Part shown: positions 8,001 to 15,445 of the stretch, one piece after another
Position numbering within the stretch: the stretch's first letter is position 1
Layout of the letters: the number at the start of each line of letters is the position of its first letter
Source: Microcoleaceae cyanobacterium
GTDB lineage: Bacteria > Cyanobacteriota > Cyanobacteriia > Cyanobacteriales > Microcoleaceae
Length of the DNA: 32,207 nt
Direction: 5' to 3'
NCBI GenBank assembly: GCA_051652765.1
Contig: JBOFUV010000136.1
Coordinates: 1 to 32,207, forward strand
The notes under the pieces: generated by a model
Seen by the model: only the letters and a program-made list of their open reading frames with translations
Database searches by the model: none
Told to the model about the DNA's origin: nothing
Made by a program: the position numbers and the translations under genes

Positions 8001-9411
8001 ACTCTATGACGTTCAGCCCATGCCCAATGAAGCAGGGGAAAATGGGTTGTACTTTGTCTTTGGTGAAACTGCTGCTCCCGAAACGTCAAGATCAGGGGAG
8101 GTATTTGTGAGTGCCTATGCGGATGTGGATGCGAGTAACACCGCCTATACTCCTTATTTCTTCAGCTTTGGTTTGCCCTCTGGGTTTGACGGCATGGGTA
8201 GTGAGTTGGACTTCGTAGCAACAACGGATGAAACCACTGGAGCACCAATCTATGATGCCTTTGGCCTGGATTTCTTTGCTGCAGATGTTACAACAGAAAC
8301 TTTTACCAATACTCAATGGACACGGGCAGATTACTTTGTCAATCAACAACCCGGACTTATGGTAAACGGTGACCTGGATGCCGATGGGGACGAAGATTTA
8401 ATCGTGACCAACACCAGTGGGTTATTTAGTGGGTTCTCCAGCGGGTTCTCCCTGCTGTTCAATAGCGGGGATGGTTCTTTTGAAGCCCCAATTGACTTTG
8501 AAACAGACTTCTTCTCCTCCGGAGCCGGAGATGACCCTACTGTAGTCACTGCGGACTTTGATGGGGATGGGGTTTTAGATGTGGCCAATGCCGAAGCAGA
8601 TTCGGATCAAATCTTGCTGTATTTCGGTGATAGTAGCAAAAATTACAGTTTACCCGCCAGCGATCGCCCAATTCTAAGGGAAGCAGCCGATCTCGATGGG
8701 GATGGCAGCCCAGATTTATTGACCATCAACTCGATTGAGAGTGAGTTCGGTGTGGGTTACTTCGGGAATACAGTCTCCATTTACTATAACGATGGTGCGG
8801 GCAACTTTCCCCAGAAGTCCACAGTAACTGTTGAGGAAGGGGTACAGGATGTGACTGCTGCGGATCTGGACGGGGACGGAGATCTGGATCTGGCCACCGC
8901 TAACGAACGCACTGATACGGTTTCTGTCCTATTCAATCAAGGTAGTGGTACGTTCACTCAAGCAGTGGAAGTTGCCGTAGGCGATCGCCCTAATGACATT
9001 GTTGCCGACGATTTCGATGGGGATGGTAACCTGGATCTAGCAACTGCCAACTTTGGGGATGGCACCAGTTCAGTGCTGTTGAGTAATGGGGATGGGACGT
9101 TTGCGGCGGCGATCGCCCTTGACTCGGGCGCAAACCCCAGCACCCTGAGTGCGGCAGATCTGGATGGCGATGGCCAGCCTGACCTGATCATGCGAAACTC
9201 AGTGTTCTTTAATGATGGAAGTCGTCAGGGGAATCAGGTCACCCTCCTGCTGAATCAAGGGGATGGCAGCTTTGCTGCGCCGGAAAGCTTCACCGTTGGG
9301 GACATTCCGCAAGGGTTAGTGGTGGCTGACTTTGACAACAACGGTCAGTCAGACTTTGCCACCTCCAACTTTGACAGTCAGGATGTCACGGTTTATCTAC
9401 AATCGGCTTAA
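5068..9411 (+). CDS. Large extracellular S8 (subtilase) serine protease with RTX Ca-binding repeats, two Ig-like repeats, PPC domain and FG-GAP/VCBS repeats
   Basis: GGQGND nonapeptides; two LANDTG...TSDPTI/TTDATI repeats; catalytic triad IDTG (D628), HGSNV (H670), GTSQASP (S857); many DLDGDGDLDL repeats. Confidence 0.9.
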   Translation: MVFLPDNSIFGDSNANLLVGTTAQDAIFGLQGADSIVGGEGIDGLYGNADADILYGAQADDFGFGGQGNDLMFGGQGNDQISGDSDNDTLYGDKGADILTGGTEADVFVIAPGTGGFSIPESDLIIDFTVGEDLIQLAEGLIFTDLDILANAGNTVIQDNTTGEIFVVLQGVDSATITVDSFLPVTNPPEPEPPTIPDFEPPVIQAALANDTGVSGTDFVTSDPTIIGGFNDNVGIARLEASLDGETFTTVFPTFNSSGNFVLGRGDLEFIRGSQLTDGSYALQLRAVDTSEQVSEVITVSFTLATDAPQITAGLANDTGDSNTDGVTTDATINGTILSTVGIVELRAGFAGTLTDISDELGTNGQFSLSRQDLEILQGAALVDNTAYILQLEAMDQAGLVSTATVSFTFDAVSGEPPEPPIVVPGLPDPEVIEDAPVEVIEIDLPDMGDGKEREVTADPGNTLETALDIAVSSNTLIYSEQVSATDPEDLYVFSVGASSNLMLSLGGLNHDADLFLLDSNGTEIQRSERLGISDEFITQPLTAGTYFIQVKALEPEVTDYNLNVTAIPRDPDISTGGSEEEFELFTDESTALVGLVPAPADPSGTAFRTDPRFAGIDGSGFATVIIDTGIDLDHPFFGPDADGNGIADRIVYQYDFADNDADASDVDGHGSNVSSIVASEDPVFTGMAPSADIIHLKVFSDDPSAGASFGDIEEALQWVVENAETYNIASVNMSLGGGNLTEAVSPEVFGIGDELAALTDNNVIVVSAAGNSFFEFGPGVSYPAADPNSLAVGAVWDGDNGSFIAWADGAIDFSTGEDQITSFSQRHPELLDIFAPGAFITGANQNGETVDQGGTSQASPHIAGIAVLAQELAVQELGRRLTFDEFNSLIQESGDTIFDGDDEDDNIINTQTEYERVNVLALGEAILALKGTPPEEPPTEPSLVRYDFAYLYDGLSVSSDYYFGYTYAEPGSFDIGTLYDVQPMPNEAGENGLYFVFGETAAPETSRSGEVFVSAYADVDASNTAYTPYFFSFGLPSGFDGMGSELDFVATTDETTGAPIYDAFGLDFFAADVTTETFTNTQWTRADYFVNQQPGLMVNGDLDADGDEDLIVTNTSGLFSGFSSGFSLLFNSGDGSFEAPIDFETDFFSSGAGDDPTVVTADFDGDGVLDVANAEADSDQILLYFGDSSKNYSLPASDRPILREAADLDGDGSPDLLTINSIESEFGVGYFGNTVSIYYNDGAGNFPQKSTVTVEEGVQDVTAADLDGDGDLDLATANERTDTVSVLFNQGSGTFTQAVEVAVGDRPNDIVADDFDGDGNLDLATANFGDGTSSVLLSNGDGTFAAAIALDSGANPSTLSAADLDGDGQPDLIMRNSVFFNDGSRQGNQVTLLLNQGDGSFAAPESFTVGDIPQGLVVADFDNNGQSDFATSNFDSQDVTVYLQSA

Positions 9412-9434
9412 GCGGGATTATACGGGATTATTCG

Positions 9435-9469
9435 GTGCGAGTTTTCTTGTCTATGGGTGGAACTCGCAC
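9435..9469 (+). terminator. Hairpin downstream of the protease gene
   Basis: GTGCGAGTT...AACTCGCAC 9-bp stem. Confidence 0.4.
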
Positions 9470-9507
9470 TAGTTTGACCTCTTGCAGACTAGCCACTCGC
9501 TGAACTT

Positions 9508-9542
9508 AAACAGGGTGATCCTCTGAGATTTCCCTGTTTTTT
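9508..9542 (+). terminator. Rho-independent terminator
   Basis: AAACAGGG...CCCTGTTT stem running into a T tract. Confidence 0.55.
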
Positions 9543-9598
9543 GTCTTGGCAATTAACCGGTATAACAATTTAGGACTTATGCAGTTAAGCATTCTTTG

Positions 9599-9685
9599 GC
9601 CCCCCTTGCCCCCCAAGGTTGGGCAGGGGGTTTGGGGGCTTTTAATTCCGGGAAGAACTAGACTCAAAGCCCCCAATGTTGGGGA
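9599..9685. repeat. Cyanobacterial C/G-tract palindromic dispersed repeat cluster
   Basis: CCCCCTTGCCC...GGGCAGGGGG, GGGGGCTTT...AAAGCCCCC and CCCCAATGTTGGGG palindromes. Confidence 0.5.
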
Positions 9686-9813
9686 ATTACTCTCCGAGAA
9701 ACTCTGCGGTCTAAAGGAGGCAAGTGCGGAACTCTTGTGTTGACTGTTGTTTTGCTATGCGGGCAAACGGCTAAAATCTAAGCTAGATAATCTCTGGGAT
9801 ACGGGAGGTCAAG

Positions 9814-10428
9814 ATGGTACAAACCCCTGCACAGTTGGCAACTGAAACGCTGTCCCTCAATCTGCCCAAAACGCTGAAGCTCTACGTTACCCCAGAACAG
9901 TTTGTCGCCCTGGCTGCCAGCAATCGAGAATTACAAATGGAAAGAACCGCAGAGGGAGAATTAATCGTGAATCCACCAACGGGTTGGGAAACGGGAGAAC
10001 GGAATAGTAGTCTTTCCGGAGAGTTATATCTCTGGTGGCGGAATGCAGGTGAACCCGGCAAAGCCTTTGACTCTTCAACGGGATTCTTCTTGCCCAATGG
10101 TGCAAATCGTTCTCCCGATGCCTGTTGGATCAGTCAAGCCCGTTGGGATGCACTAACGGAGGAACAAAAAGGAACCTTTGCGAATATTTGCCCAGACTTT
10201 GTGGTGGAATTGCGGTCGAGTTCGGATACGCTTAAATCCCTGCAAGAAAAAATGCAGGAGTACATGAAGAACGGGGCGAGAATGGGTTGGTTAATCGATC
10301 CCCAAAATCGAACGGTGGAAGTGTATCGAATTGGTGTAACAGTAGAAGTCTTGTCCAATCCGAGTGAACTATCCGGTGAAGAAGTCGTACCGGGTTTTGT
10401 GTTGAATTTACGTCGAGTTTGGGGTTGA
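9814..10428 (+). CDS. Uma2 (DUF820) family endonuclease-fold protein
   Basis: ERTAEGELIVNPP, FDSSTGF, RSPDACW, CPDFVVELRS, KMQEY, GWLIDP motifs. Confidence 0.95.
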   Translation: MVQTPAQLATETLSLNLPKTLKLYVTPEQFVALAASNRELQMERTAEGELIVNPPTGWETGERNSSLSGELYLWWRNAGEPGKAFDSSTGFFLPNGANRSPDACWISQARWDALTEEQKGTFANICPDFVVELRSSSDTLKSLQEKMQEYMKNGARMGWLIDPQNRTVEVYRIGVTVEVLSNPSELSGEEVVPGFVLNLRRVWG

Positions 10429-10595
10429 ATAAGTTGGGTTTCTATCAAACGATCAAGTTTTCTATGGATATCCTCGTTACACAAAGGATATTGATATTTG
10501 GGTTGAGATGTCGTCCAAGAATGAGAGTAGTGGCAAGTGCGTAAGTCCTGACAATTGTTGGATGGGCTGTTGGATGAGTGAAGGCAAGATTGGGC

Positions 10596-11846
10596 TCAGG
10601 CTAATAGCTGACGGCGCAAGATATCTAAGGCATTGCAACCACTGACCCGCCGAATCCATTCCCGACCCCGCGAACTACCACAGGGACACTCAAAACTGGT
10701 AACCGTGTTCCCTGGCCCTGCCAACCCAATATAGACCAAGCCAACGGGTTTTGTGTCCGTTCCGCCTCCCGGCCCTGCAACGCCTGTAATGCTCAATCCC
10801 CAAGTTGTTTGTAAACTGGATTGAACCCCGACTGCCATCTGTTCAGCAATTTGGGGACTTACGGCTCCAAATTGGTTTAGGTCATCTGAGTTAACGTTTA
10901 ATAGATTGACCTTCACAAAATTTTCATAGGCGATGATCCCGCCATAAAAATATTGGGAACTGCCCGGAATCGTGGTCAACATTTGACCCAAGCCTCCCCC
11001 TGTGCAGGATTCGGCTACACTCAAAGTGGCTCCCTGATTCTGAAGCAACTGACCCACAACGGATGCTAAGGAGTCTTCATCCTGACCATAGCAATCCAAC
11101 CCGGTCAGGTCTCGAATGTGTTGCTCTACTGGGGCGATGAGTTGATAGGCATCGTCCTCCGTGGCTGCCCGTGCTGAAATCCGTAGTTTTGCCTCTCCGT
11201 GGTTGGCGTAGGGGGCAACGGTGGGGTTGGGAAGGTTCAAATAGCCGATTACTTTTTCCGCCAAAGTTGATTCAGCGATGCCCCAAAATCTTAAGGTTCG
11301 ACTGCGAATGGTGGCTTGACTCCAATGACGGGTTTGGAGATAGGGAATGGCTGTTTCCTGCCACATAGCTTTCATCTCAGTTGGAACTCCCGGAAAGGTC
11401 ATCAGGGTTAACTTGTCCTGACGGGGTTGCCAGATAATACCTGGGGCACTACCCACAGGATTGGGTAAAATGTCTGCTCCCTTAGGGATTAAGGCTTGCT
11501 TGCAATTGCTTGGGGACATCGTCCGACCCCGTTGAGCAAACTTGTGCTGGATGTCTTCCAGGATTTCTGCCCGTTCTTCTAGAGGAGCCCCAAAAAAATC
11601 AGCAATAGTCTCAACGGTTAAATCATCGGGGGTTGGGCCAAGTCCTCCGGTGAACAGCAAGAGTTGGGAGCGTTTGGCGGCGATGGCAATCACCTGTTTC
11701 AGCCGCTCAGGATTATCTCCAACAACATTTTGGTGATAATGAGGAATCCCCAGTTCAGCCAGTTGTTGTCCCAAAAATTGAGCATTACTGTTGAGAATAT
11801 CTCCGAGCAGCAGCTCCGTTCCAACACAAATCAGTTCAGCAACCAT
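10596..11846 (-). CDS. cinA: Competence/damage-inducible protein CinA (MoCF-like domain + PncC NMN deamidase domain)
   Basis: AELICVGTELLLG, TGGLGPTPDDLT, VAESCTGG, SITGVAGPGGG. Confidence 0.95.
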   Translation of the reverse strand: MVAELICVGTELLLGDILNSNAQFLGQQLAELGIPHYHQNVVGDNPERLKQVIAIAAKRSQLLLFTGGLGPTPDDLTVETIADFFGAPLEERAEILEDIQHKFAQRGRTMSPSNCKQALIPKGADILPNPVGSAPGIIWQPRQDKLTLMTFPGVPTEMKAMWQETAIPYLQTRHWSQATIRSRTLRFWGIAESTLAEKVIGYLNLPNPTVAPYANHGEAKLRISARAATEDDAYQLIAPVEQHIRDLTGLDCYGQDEDSLASVVGQLLQNQGATLSVAESCTGGGLGQMLTTIPGSSQYFYGGIIAYENFVKVNLLNVNSDDLNQFGAVSPQIAEQMAVGVQSSLQTTWGLSITGVAGPGGGTDTKPVGLVYIGLAGPGNTVTSFECPCGSSRGREWIRRVSGCNALDILRRQLLA

Positions 11847-11891
11847 AGACCCTAACCATAGACTTTGTTCATAGTTTTTTGCTGATTCAGT

Positions 11892-12947
11892 CTACTTTGC
11901 CCGTTTCAAGGTCTTCCAACTGGTATACCCTAATAGCCCTGTTGCTCCTAAGGCGTAGGCCAAACCACTCGGAATTCCAGAAAAAGCGAGGGCCAAACAT
12001 CCCACCCAAAGCGTGAGAGAGTAGATGAAAAATACCGTCAGTTTTTGAGATAAACCTGCCTTGAGCAAGCGATGATGCAAGTGACGCTTGTCTGCTTTAA
12101 ATGGGGACTTCCCTTCCCGCAAGCGATCTACAATCACCGCCACCATGTCCAGAATCGGTACAGCCAGGATAATGTAGGGCAGCAATACTGATGTTACCAC
12201 GGTGGTTTTGACCAAGCCAATCACCCCAACTCCCGCTAAGGTGAAGCCAATAAAGTAGGAACCTCCATCCCCCATGAAAATTTGGGCAGGATTAAAGTTG
12301 TACCGTAGAAATCCAATTGCACTGCCCGCTAGGGCCGCTGAAATTATGGCCGCAGCGGGTTGGTTCATGAACAGGCTGACAATGCACATGACCATTGCTG
12401 AAATGGCTGAAACCCCTGCTGCCAAGCCATCCAACCCGTCAATCCAGTTGATCGCATTCACCATTCCCACCAGCCAGGTAATAGTGACAGGCAAACTCAA
12501 CCAGCCAATATGAACTAGCCCCACAAACGGAATGGTGAGAAACTCAATCCGAACACCAACCCCCCAAGCCAAACTCGCAACCCCTGCTTGCAATAGCAGC
12601 CGAGTGAAGGGAGACAAACTGTACAAATCATCTGCCAGACCAATGAGAAAAAAGGCCAGTCCTCCTAAGGTTACACCCCAAATCTCATACTCCTGTTGGG
12701 GACTCAAGGCTTGGCCACTCGCATCAATAAATCCCCCTGACCACCAAACCACCAACAACGCAATTAAGGTACCAGCAAAGATGGAAACCCCCCCCAGCCT
12801 GACCATCGGGCGCTGATGCACCTTACGATCCGATGGCAAATCAACTCGTCCGCTTTTCAGACCCACCTGTTTGACCAAGGGTGTACTGAGCAAAACGACT
12901 AGGGCAGAGACAAGAAAGGCCAGCAGATGATAGAGAGTATGGGGCAT
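11892..12947 (-). CDS. MraY/WecA (glycosyltransferase family 4) undecaprenyl-phosphate GlcNAc-1-phosphate transferase
   Basis: RKVH..P..RLGG, GLADD, NAINWIDGLDGLA, NFNPAQIFMGDGGS, DKRHLHHRL; many TM helices. Confidence 0.9.
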   Translation of the reverse strand: MPHTLYHLLAFLVSALVVLLSTPLVKQVGLKSGRVDLPSDRKVHQRPMVRLGGVSIFAGTLIALLVVWWSGGFIDASGQALSPQQEYEIWGVTLGGLAFFLIGLADDLYSLSPFTRLLLQAGVASLAWGVGVRIEFLTIPFVGLVHIGWLSLPVTITWLVGMVNAINWIDGLDGLAAGVSAISAMVMCIVSLFMNQPAAAIISAALAGSAIGFLRYNFNPAQIFMGDGGSYFIGFTLAGVGVIGLVKTTVVTSVLLPYIILAVPILDMVAVIVDRLREGKSPFKADKRHLHHRLLKAGLSQKLTVFFIYSLTLWVGCLALAFSGIPSGLAYALGATGLLGYTSWKTLKRAK

Positions 12948-13046
12948 CTGGAGTAGATTTGGACACAGGACAACAGCAATTACAGGCAGAGTCTACTACA
13001 TTTCAGCCTATTTCTGATCCTGAGGTTATGCCAGATCATGCCAGAA

Positions 13047-14342
13047 TCATGCCAAAGCAGGAACTTTTGGGGTCAGATGGGGATAGAGCGGAAACCGTTC
13101 GCAGAGGTTGGCAATCCGTTGACGACACGTTTGGGCGATCGCCCCATCTTCTGGGTGAAGTAGCCGCTCTGCAATAATGTCCCCAATCTCGACAAACTCT
13201 GCTGTGCCCATGCCTCGAGTCGTCATGGCTGGAGACCCCACTCGCAGTCCACTCGTGACAAAGGGGGATTCTGGGTCAAAGGGAATCGTGTTTTTATTGG
13301 CTGTGATGTTAATCTCACTCACCAGTTGATCCGCTTGCTTGCCCGTCAGCCCAACGGAACGCAGGTCGATCAGCAGCAAGTGATTGTCCGTTCCCCCTGA
13401 AACAATTCTGAGTCCTCGTTGCTGCAACTGACCGGCCATAGCTTGAGCATTGTGAATCACTTGAGCAGAATAGGCTTTGAATTCTGGTTTGAGGGCTTCT
13501 CCAAAGGCAACGGCTTTTCCGGCAATCACATGTTCTAAGGGCCCTCCCTGAGTGCCAGGAAACACGGCCTTATCCAGCTTTTTGCCCAACTCTAGGTCAC
13601 GGGTCAAAATCAACCCGCCCCGAGGCCCCCGGAGGGTTTTGTGGGTCGTCGTGGTGACAACATCGCAGTGTGGCACTGGACTGGGATGATGCCCGGTTGC
13701 GACCAATCCAGCAATATGGGCAATGTCTGCTAGTAAGTAGGCTCCAACCTGATCGGCGATCGCCCGAAACTTTTCAAAGTCAATGATTCGGGAGTAGGCC
13801 GAAAAGCCACAGATGATTAGCTTCGGCTGATGCTGTTGGGCCAAGTCCAGAATGTGGTCGTAGTCTAACACTTCTGTTTCCGGGGCAACCCCGTAGTGAC
13901 AGGCTTTAAACCACTTCCCAGAAACGTTCACGGGAGAGCCATGGGTGAGGTGACCCCCGTGGGACAAGTCCATCCCCATGATCGTATCATCTGGTTCCAG
14001 CAGAGACAGGAATACGGCAAAGTTGGCCTGAGCGCCAGAGTGGGGTTGAACATTGGCGTGGGCTGCTCCAAACAGTTCCTTGGCCCGGTCAATGGCCAAC
14101 TGCTCAATACTGTCGATAAACTCACACCCGCCGTAGTAGCGTTTTTTGGGGAGACCTTCGGCATACTTGTTGGTTAAAATCGATCCCTGGGCGGCCATCA
14201 CCGCTGGGGAGGTAAAGTTTTCACTGGCAATCAATTCTAGGTGATCCCGTTGGCGTTGCAGCTCTCGTTGTACCAGCTCGGCCACGATTGGATCAGTTTG
14301 AGATAGGGTTTGAGACGAAGCGTCTAGGCTAGTATTAGTCAC
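13047..14342 (-). CDS. glyA: Serine hydroxymethyltransferase (likely GTG start at 14342)
   Basis: [39 protein letters not shown]-lysine motif; GAGG RBS upstream of GTG 14342. Confidence 0.97.
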   Translation of the reverse strand: MTNTSLDASSQTLSQTDPIVAELVQRELQRQRDHLELIASENFTSPAVMAAQGSILTNKYAEGLPKKRYYGGCEFIDSIEQLAIDRAKELFGAAHANVQPHSGAQANFAVFLSLLEPDDTIMGMDLSHGGHLTHGSPVNVSGKWFKACHYGVAPETEVLDYDHILDLAQQHQPKLIICGFSAYSRIIDFEKFRAIADQVGAYLLADIAHIAGLVATGHHPSPVPHCDVVTTTTHKTLRGPRGGLILTRDLELGKKLDKAVFPGTQGGPLEHVIAGKAVAFGEALKPEFKAYSAQVIHNAQAMAGQLQQRGLRIVSGGTDNHLLLIDLRSVGLTGKQADQLVSEINITANKNTIPFDPESPFVTSGLRVGSPAMTTRGMGTAEFVEIGDIIAERLLHPEDGAIAQTCRQRIANLCERFPLYPHLTPKVPALA

Positions 14343-14501
14343 GGTACAATTCCTCAATGTTTCTAAATCTTAACCTTGTCTAGTTGTTCAGGATAGGAAC
14401 AGTTCTGTCAATCGTTTTCAGATCAGTTCTTGACAAATACGTTACGTTGTGGATCGACGACCATGATTTTAGGGAAGTCTAGACTACAATAGGAACACGG
14501 G

Positions 14502-14536
14502 TTTGGAAGTGATTTTGGAAGTGATTTTGGAAGTGG
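14502..14536. repeat. 12-bp tandem repeat x3 (TTTGGAAGTGAT)
   Basis: Directly visible. Confidence 0.8.
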
Positions 14537-14550
14537 TTGGAGAGATAAAA

Positions 14551-14748
14551 ATGCTTGTGATTCTAATGGAGAACCAACTCATTGAGCTACAGCAGGTTTG
14601 TCAAGGATGCTTACTGGCTGATCAGAGCGGTCAACCTCGCTGGAGGGGGGGACAGCTTAGTTGTGGTCAGTTAGTGCGTAGACCTGTAGATAATCAACCG
14701 AGTCAGTACGAGTGTCAAATGGGATTTCGCATCGCCAATATTGAGTAA
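14551..14748 (+). CDS. Small Cys-containing conserved cyanobacterial hypothetical protein (65 aa)
   Basis: ATG 14551 after GGAGAG; MLVILM...VCQGCLLAD..GQPRW...CG...YECQMGFRIANIE. The longer ORF-track start is a tandem-repeat artefact. Confidence 0.7.
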   Translation: MLVILMENQLIELQQVCQGCLLADQSGQPRWRGGQLSCGQLVRRPVDNQPSQYECQMGFRIANIE

Positions 14749-14856
14749 ATCTTCATAACTTTTGAGCGCCGTTGCGTTTAAGGTCTGAGTTTAAAGTCTA
14801 AGTTTAAGATCGCTCTAACTCAACATTAAGCAAGAGCTGTACGTTATCCTGGAACT

Positions 14857-14890
14857 ATGGATTGACTCAATGGATTGACTCAATGGATTG
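14857..14890. repeat. 13-bp tandem repeat x2.6 (ATGGATTGACTCA)
   Basis: Directly visible upstream of tic20. Confidence 0.85.
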
Positions 14891-14914
14891 TAAATTGGTA
14901 AGAGGAATACTCAC

Positions 14915-15394
14915 ATGACATGGCGTGGCTCTACAACTCCAAAGGACAGAATATTTGCCTGTTTGCCTTACTTGCTCCCGCTGTATGATGGGTTGCCGTT
15001 TGGTGGTTTTCTTCTGGCTCAGTTCCCTGTTTTAAGTTGGATTACTCTTCCCTTGCGCCCGGTGGGTGTGATTTTTGGTCTAATTCCCTTTGGCTTGGGG
15101 CCACTGATCATTTTTATTGCGCTTTATGCTTTGGTTGTTCGCAATAGCAATATTTCCCACTTCATTCGCTTTAATGCCATGCAGGCGATTTTGCTAGATA
15201 TTGTTTTGCTGCTCTGTGGCTTGATCTTAGGGGTCTTCGGAGGAGCGCTGACGGGATTCATTGGAGAAACCTTTTACAACATGATTTTCCTCGGAACACT
15301 AGCGGCTGTGGGTTACTCCGTTGTTCAGTCTGTTAGAGGGCAGTATGCTGAGATTCCAACGATTTCTAATGCTGCTTATATGCAGGTTCAATAG
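14915..15394 (+). CDS. Tic20/Ycf60 family membrane protein
   Basis: MTWRGSTT..DRIFACLPYLLPL, VVRN..ISHFIRFNAMQAILLDI, GQYAEIPTIS.AAYMQV. Confidence 0.92.
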   Translation: MTWRGSTTPKDRIFACLPYLLPLYDGLPFGGFLLAQFPVLSWITLPLRPVGVIFGLIPFGLGPLIIFIALYALVVRNSNISHFIRFNAMQAILLDIVLLLCGLILGVFGGALTGFIGETFYNMIFLGTLAAVGYSVVQSVRGQYAEIPTISNAAYMQVQ

Positions 15395-15445
15395 TCTGAT
15401 TTGTGGCTGTAGCAGTTCCATGATGCTGCTGATTTAGGTTGGTTC

